This document shows, piece by piece, positions 60,353 through 64,000 of a stretch of 64,000 nt of DNA. The stretch comes from Bdellovibrionales bacterium (GTDB lineage Bacteria; Bdellovibrionota; Bdellovibrionia; Bdellovibrionales; JAGQZY01), in assembly GCA_031426555.1 (NCBI GenBank), contig JANPLN010000066.1, forward strand, positions 1-64,000, written 5' to 3'. Position numbers and translations under genes: made by a program. Each line of letters begins with the position of its first letter. Position 1 is the stretch's first letter. The notes under the pieces are model-generated. The model worked only from the letters and a program-made list of their open reading frames with translations. It was not told the DNA's origin and made no database searches.

Positions 60353-60558
60353 ACTGTAACCCTTTTTAAGGTTTTAACTCATTTTGTCAATTCGCTGGAC
60401 ACCAGGACCCTCTCTCACCGGTATTTCCTATCTAGAGGTATTTCTTTTGTCCTGGTTTCGAAAAATACTCAGGACTTTCATCCATCGTCCGAAGAAGTGT
60501 CAGGCGACACCTGCATGTAAACTCCGCCAACAATGATTTTCAACTGAAGGGGTGTTTT

Positions 60559-61584
60559 ATGTATCAGTTTGTAAAAAAAATAATGATGGGTCTCGCACTT
60601 GTGGCGTTAGTAGGGTGTTCTGCACAAACCATGCAGTCACAGGTAGATGATACCGCTGCCGGGAAGCTGAGCGATTCGCCAGTGATTCCTGTGGAAGGCT
60701 CCGATCCAATAGAGGTGACATCCAACAACTTACCAGTGGATGCCTCCGATGTTCCCAATGAGCTTTTAAAGCTCATCAACGAACCTGCAAAACCAGAAGG
60801 ATTTTTGAGTGGCTTGCTCGGAGGAAACGGCTGCGGACTTTTAAGTTCAATTCTATCTTTGGGGGCTTCTTATTTAACAGGGGGAAATCCGCTTGTTGGA
60901 TCCTTAGTATCCAATCTTGCTGGCAGTTTATTGAAGTGCGGCGCCAATTCGTCGCTGGTTAATTTGATCCCGGGGGGATCAAGTCAATCAGACCAACTTT
61001 TTGCTCTTTTGTCCCAGGTATTAAATGTTGTAGGTAAAGGCAAAGATCCAACAGCTTTATTGAACGCGATTAAAAACCCACAGGATTTAAATGGTCTTAT
61101 CAATGTGGTGACGACACTTACAAACCAGTCACAAAACCCAGAGCTGGTAAAAATCCTCGCCCTTGTTCAAAACTTTCAGAGCACGTTTCAGGGAAGCGTT
61201 GGCGCCTGCGGGAGCATGAACCCAGTGGCTTGCCAGATGTTTCAGACGATGAATTTGGTTCGTCAACAAAACGGCTTGCAAGCTCTGATCCCCAACAGCA
61301 ATTGCACAGCAGCTGCTCAATCTCACTCCAAGGATATGCTTACAAATACGATTCTTTCGCACTTAAGCTCTAACGGCATGACCGCAAAGGATCGTTTAAA
61401 TATGTTTGGTGTTAACGGCGCCTGGGCAGAAAACATTATTAAAGGGTCTTCTTTGTCTCCTGAGCAGGCTTTGCAAACTCTGCTCAACTCTGCGGGCCAC
61501 AAGAAAAACATCCTGAGTCCCCTTTTTACTTCTGGCGGAATCGGCTTTATCAACGGTTACTTCACGCAGTGTTTTACTAAATAA
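60559..61584 (+). CDS. Lipoprotein with C-terminal CAP/SCP domain
   Basis: LVGC lipobox; AAQSHSKDM..LSH, AENI, SAGHKKNIL, FTQCF. Confidence 0.85.
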   Translation: MYQFVKKIMMGLALVALVGCSAQTMQSQVDDTAAGKLSDSPVIPVEGSDPIEVTSNNLPVDASDVPNELLKLINEPAKPEGFLSGLLGGNGCGLLSSILSLGASYLTGGNPLVGSLVSNLAGSLLKCGANSSLVNLIPGGSSQSDQLFALLSQVLNVVGKGKDPTALLNAIKNPQDLNGLINVVTTLTNQSQNPELVKILALVQNFQSTFQGSVGACGSMNPVACQMFQTMNLVRQQNGLQALIPNSNCTAAAQSHSKDMLTNTILSHLSSNGMTAKDRLNMFGVNGAWAENIIKGSSLSPEQALQTLLNSAGHKKNILSPLFTSGGIGFINGYFTQCFTK

Positions 61585-61606
61585 ATATGACGACTGAAAT
61601 TGAAAC

Positions 61607-63634
61607 TTACTGAGGCTGGTTGCTACCAGCCTTTTTTTTTGCTGACGCTTTCTGATTGTTAAACATCATGTATTTGGCCGTCTGATAATACCCCTCGCCG
61701 ATATTTTTCATTCGCACGTAAATGTCTGGATACAGTGACTGCACGTCGTCTTGCGGTGTTTTGCCACGGTACATGTAAAGCTTGGCCCCATCTTTGTCGT
61801 TGGTGTGCAGATAGAAGTCCTGGCTCACCAGTCCGTATTCGTTGAGCTCCGACGTGTAATTGTAAATAAACGAGTAGCGCTCTTTATCAAATTGCGGATC
61901 GAATAAATTTCGACCCAAAGTTGTGTTGGTATGGTCGACGCCGGAGACTGCAGCTGCAGTGGTCATTAAATCGGTGTGCCCGGCCATCTTGTTATCAACC
62001 ACAGAATTGGTAAAAATCTGCGGATGGTGCAACACTAGCGGCACATGGTACTTTTCCAAATTCCAAAGATGAACGCCCTCCGGCACGTTCACCCCACCGT
62101 CATCTGGCAAACCATGGTCCCCAGTGATTACAAAGAGTGTGTTTTTATAGTACTCGCTCTTTTGTGCCAGCGAAAAAAAGTAGCCCAAACTGTAATCGGT
62201 AAAGCGCAAGGAGTTAAACTGCTCCAGGGAATAAAACCCTGCCTCTTTCAACTTGGTCATGGGGACGTCGGCATTTTTAAAATTTTTAGCGTCTTTTGGG
62301 ATTGTGTAAGGTCGATGAAAGCTCGCCGCTTGGATCACCGCAAAAAAAGGTTTTTCAGATGGCAATTTAGCAAACTTCTCATGGGCTTCGATAAACAGAT
62401 CCAAGTCCGACACTCCCCATACATCGGTTTTATCTTTGTTAAAGGCATCCTCTTCGAAGATTTCGATGCCATCAATGTTGTGGGAAAAAATTCCGCGGAT
62501 GTTGGCCCAGCTGGCGCTTCCGCCAATAAAATACATTTTTCGATAGTTGGTGAAGGAATTGGCAATGATCTTTTGATCCACAACCAGAGGATTCCGCGTG
62601 GAGGTCTGCACCTTCGTCACATCGGGAATCGACGTCATAATCGCAAATAAGTTGCGAGCTGTGCCTTCGCTGGAACTGTAGTAATTCGAAAACCAATGGC
62701 TTTGAGAAGCTATCTTTTCAAGCTCCGGAGTGGGACGCAGGGGGTTTTCACCGAGGTTTGTTTTACTCAATGACAGGGATTCCATCACAATCACCACCAC
62801 ATTGGGTGGGCGCTCTCGAGGAATTCCCTGCACGGGCCGCGAAAAATTTAACGTGTCTGTTTTTTTGTCGTCATTTCGGTCGTCATTTTTATCAACGACA
62901 CCCAAGTAATCGGCAAAATACTTGTAACTCTCGCGAGTTTTGTTTACGTCGAAATCTTTTTGCTTGGTAAACTCGTAGCTTTCGAAAAAATACAGGACCG
63001 GATTCAGGGCAAAATGCGACGCAAAATGATGGGGGCTAAAAAAAGCCTCACTCCAGCGCAGAGGATACTGCGAGATATTTCCGTAAAGACCAACGCAAAA
63101 AACAGCAATAAACAGGATGCCGTTTAAAAAACCAGGCAAACCTAAAAAAGAGTGTTTGTGAAAGCGAAAAACAAATCGACGGAGAAAAAGGCCGTACACC
63201 AAGATGATGGCAAAAAAGCCGCCGAGAATCCACAGCACGGGGTAGGATTCCCAAACCATGCCCAGCGAAATGGACAGATGCTCCAAAAATAACAACGCCG
63301 ACGAGTTCATTCGGCTATTGAGGTAGCTATAAAAACCAAAATCAAAGACGTAAAATGTCATCCAAACGGCACTCGCCACAACGTAAAAACGCCGCCAAAG
63401 TCGAAGACTTTGTGGGGTTTGTAGATTCCAACCGCGCCATGCAAAAAGAACCATTGGTAATACAAGAACACAGGCCAAACGTAGATCGAAACGCAAACCG
63501 AGAGCGAAGGCTTTTTGCAAAATTTCTACGGAGAGTGAATCCGCTGGCTTAAAGGCGATATAAAAAACCACGCGCAAAAGAGCAAACAGGATAAGATGGA
63601 AAATAACGAACCGAATGAGAATAGTGCTTTTCAT
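61607..63634 (-). CDS. LTA synthase / sulfatase-family membrane phosphotransferase
   Basis: N-terminal TM helices, PNVVVIVMES, catalytic Thr in EGTAR, SFHRPY, TGDHG. Confidence 0.88.
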   Translation of the reverse strand: MKSTILIRFVIFHLILFALLRVVFYIAFKPADSLSVEILQKAFALGLRFDLRLACVLVLPMVLFAWRGWNLQTPQSLRLWRRFYVVASAVWMTFYVFDFGFYSYLNSRMNSSALLFLEHLSISLGMVWESYPVLWILGGFFAIILVYGLFLRRFVFRFHKHSFLGLPGFLNGILFIAVFCVGLYGNISQYPLRWSEAFFSPHHFASHFALNPVLYFFESYEFTKQKDFDVNKTRESYKYFADYLGVVDKNDDRNDDKKTDTLNFSRPVQGIPRERPPNVVVIVMESLSLSKTNLGENPLRPTPELEKIASQSHWFSNYYSSSEGTARNLFAIMTSIPDVTKVQTSTRNPLVVDQKIIANSFTNYRKMYFIGGSASWANIRGIFSHNIDGIEIFEEDAFNKDKTDVWGVSDLDLFIEAHEKFAKLPSEKPFFAVIQAASFHRPYTIPKDAKNFKNADVPMTKLKEAGFYSLEQFNSLRFTDYSLGYFFSLAQKSEYYKNTLFVITGDHGLPDDGGVNVPEGVHLWNLEKYHVPLVLHHPQIFTNSVVDNKMAGHTDLMTTAAAVSGVDHTNTTLGRNLFDPQFDKERYSFIYNYTSELNEYGLVSQDFYLHTNDKDGAKLYMYRGKTPQDDVQSLYPDIYVRMKNIGEGYYQTAKYMMFNNQKASAKKKAGSNQPQ

Positions 63635-63699
63635 AAAACCTTTATACAAATGAACACCAGTCTTTGCAATCCTGGATAAATCTGCTATTTAATGTCTCC

Positions 63700-64000
63700 A
63701 TGGGTTCTTTAAAAGCGTCTAACATTTTGGTAAAGAAATTTGGCGGCACCTCCGTCGGTTCCATTGAACGAATCGAGCACGTCGCCGACCGCTTGGTTCG
63801 CGACTTTAAAGCGGGTCAAAGATTTGTGGTCGTGGCCTCGGCCATGGCCGGCGAAACAAATCGCTTGGTCAAAATGGCCAACGAGATCTATCAGGATTCA
63901 AAGAGCGCTGCCTATGACATGTTGCTGGCCTCGGGCGAACAGGTGTCCATTGCGCTTTTGTCGATGGCTCTGCAAAAACGCGGTTTAAAGGCCCGGCCTT
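63700..64000 (+). CDS. lysC: Aspartate kinase, N-terminal part (runs off window; missed by ORF track)
   Basis: Translated by hand: MGSLKASNILVKKFGGTSVGSIERI..VVVASAMAGETNRL..DMLLASGEQVS. Confidence 0.93.
   Translation, partial: MGSLKASNILVKKFGGTSVGSIERIEHVADRLVRDFKAGQRFVVVASAMAGETNRLVKMANEIYQDSKSAAYDMLLASGEQVSIALLSMALQKRGLKARP

Noticed and set aside
62045..62650. 201-aa antisense ORF and the many similar 60-175 aa track ORFs
   Set aside because: They lie opposite or within well-supported genes and show no recognisable motifs.

Overview
Bacterial chromosomal window, gene-dense with mixed orientations. The gene families (DUF222-like HNH, compact RAYT-like transposase, SWIB protein, many orphan Sec-exported proteins, sigma-28-like promoters) suggest a predatory Bdellovibrionota-like organism; this is inference, with no database check. 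Housekeeping genes include pckG, ahcY, map, ettA, fumC, orn, purK/purE, partial lysC, two Dus paralogs, grxC, sodC, mscS, a cold-shock gene and tRNA-Asp(GTC). Also present are a hybrid-kinase/Hpt/response-regulator cluster and a LexA gene divergent from a radical SAM + DUF4130-UdgX repair operon, with a palindromic candidate SOS box between them. The most notable signal is four unrelated orphan exported proteins sharing a short terminal C-x-x-[LIF]-F motif. Three carry apparent enzymatic cargo (NTAQ1/WDYHV-like deamidase, HExxH metallopeptidase, C-terminal RelE-like domain), suggesting a possible undescribed effector tagging/sorting system. Other items: a 7-bp tandem array before the HNH gene, a protease gene flanked by direct repeats, an in-frame stop splitting one motif-bearing gene, an orphan sigma-28-like promoter with a small ORF, and a recurrent TGAGAC(GC) intergenic motif. 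No CRISPR array, rRNA or prophage was seen. All product calls come from motifs read by eye.
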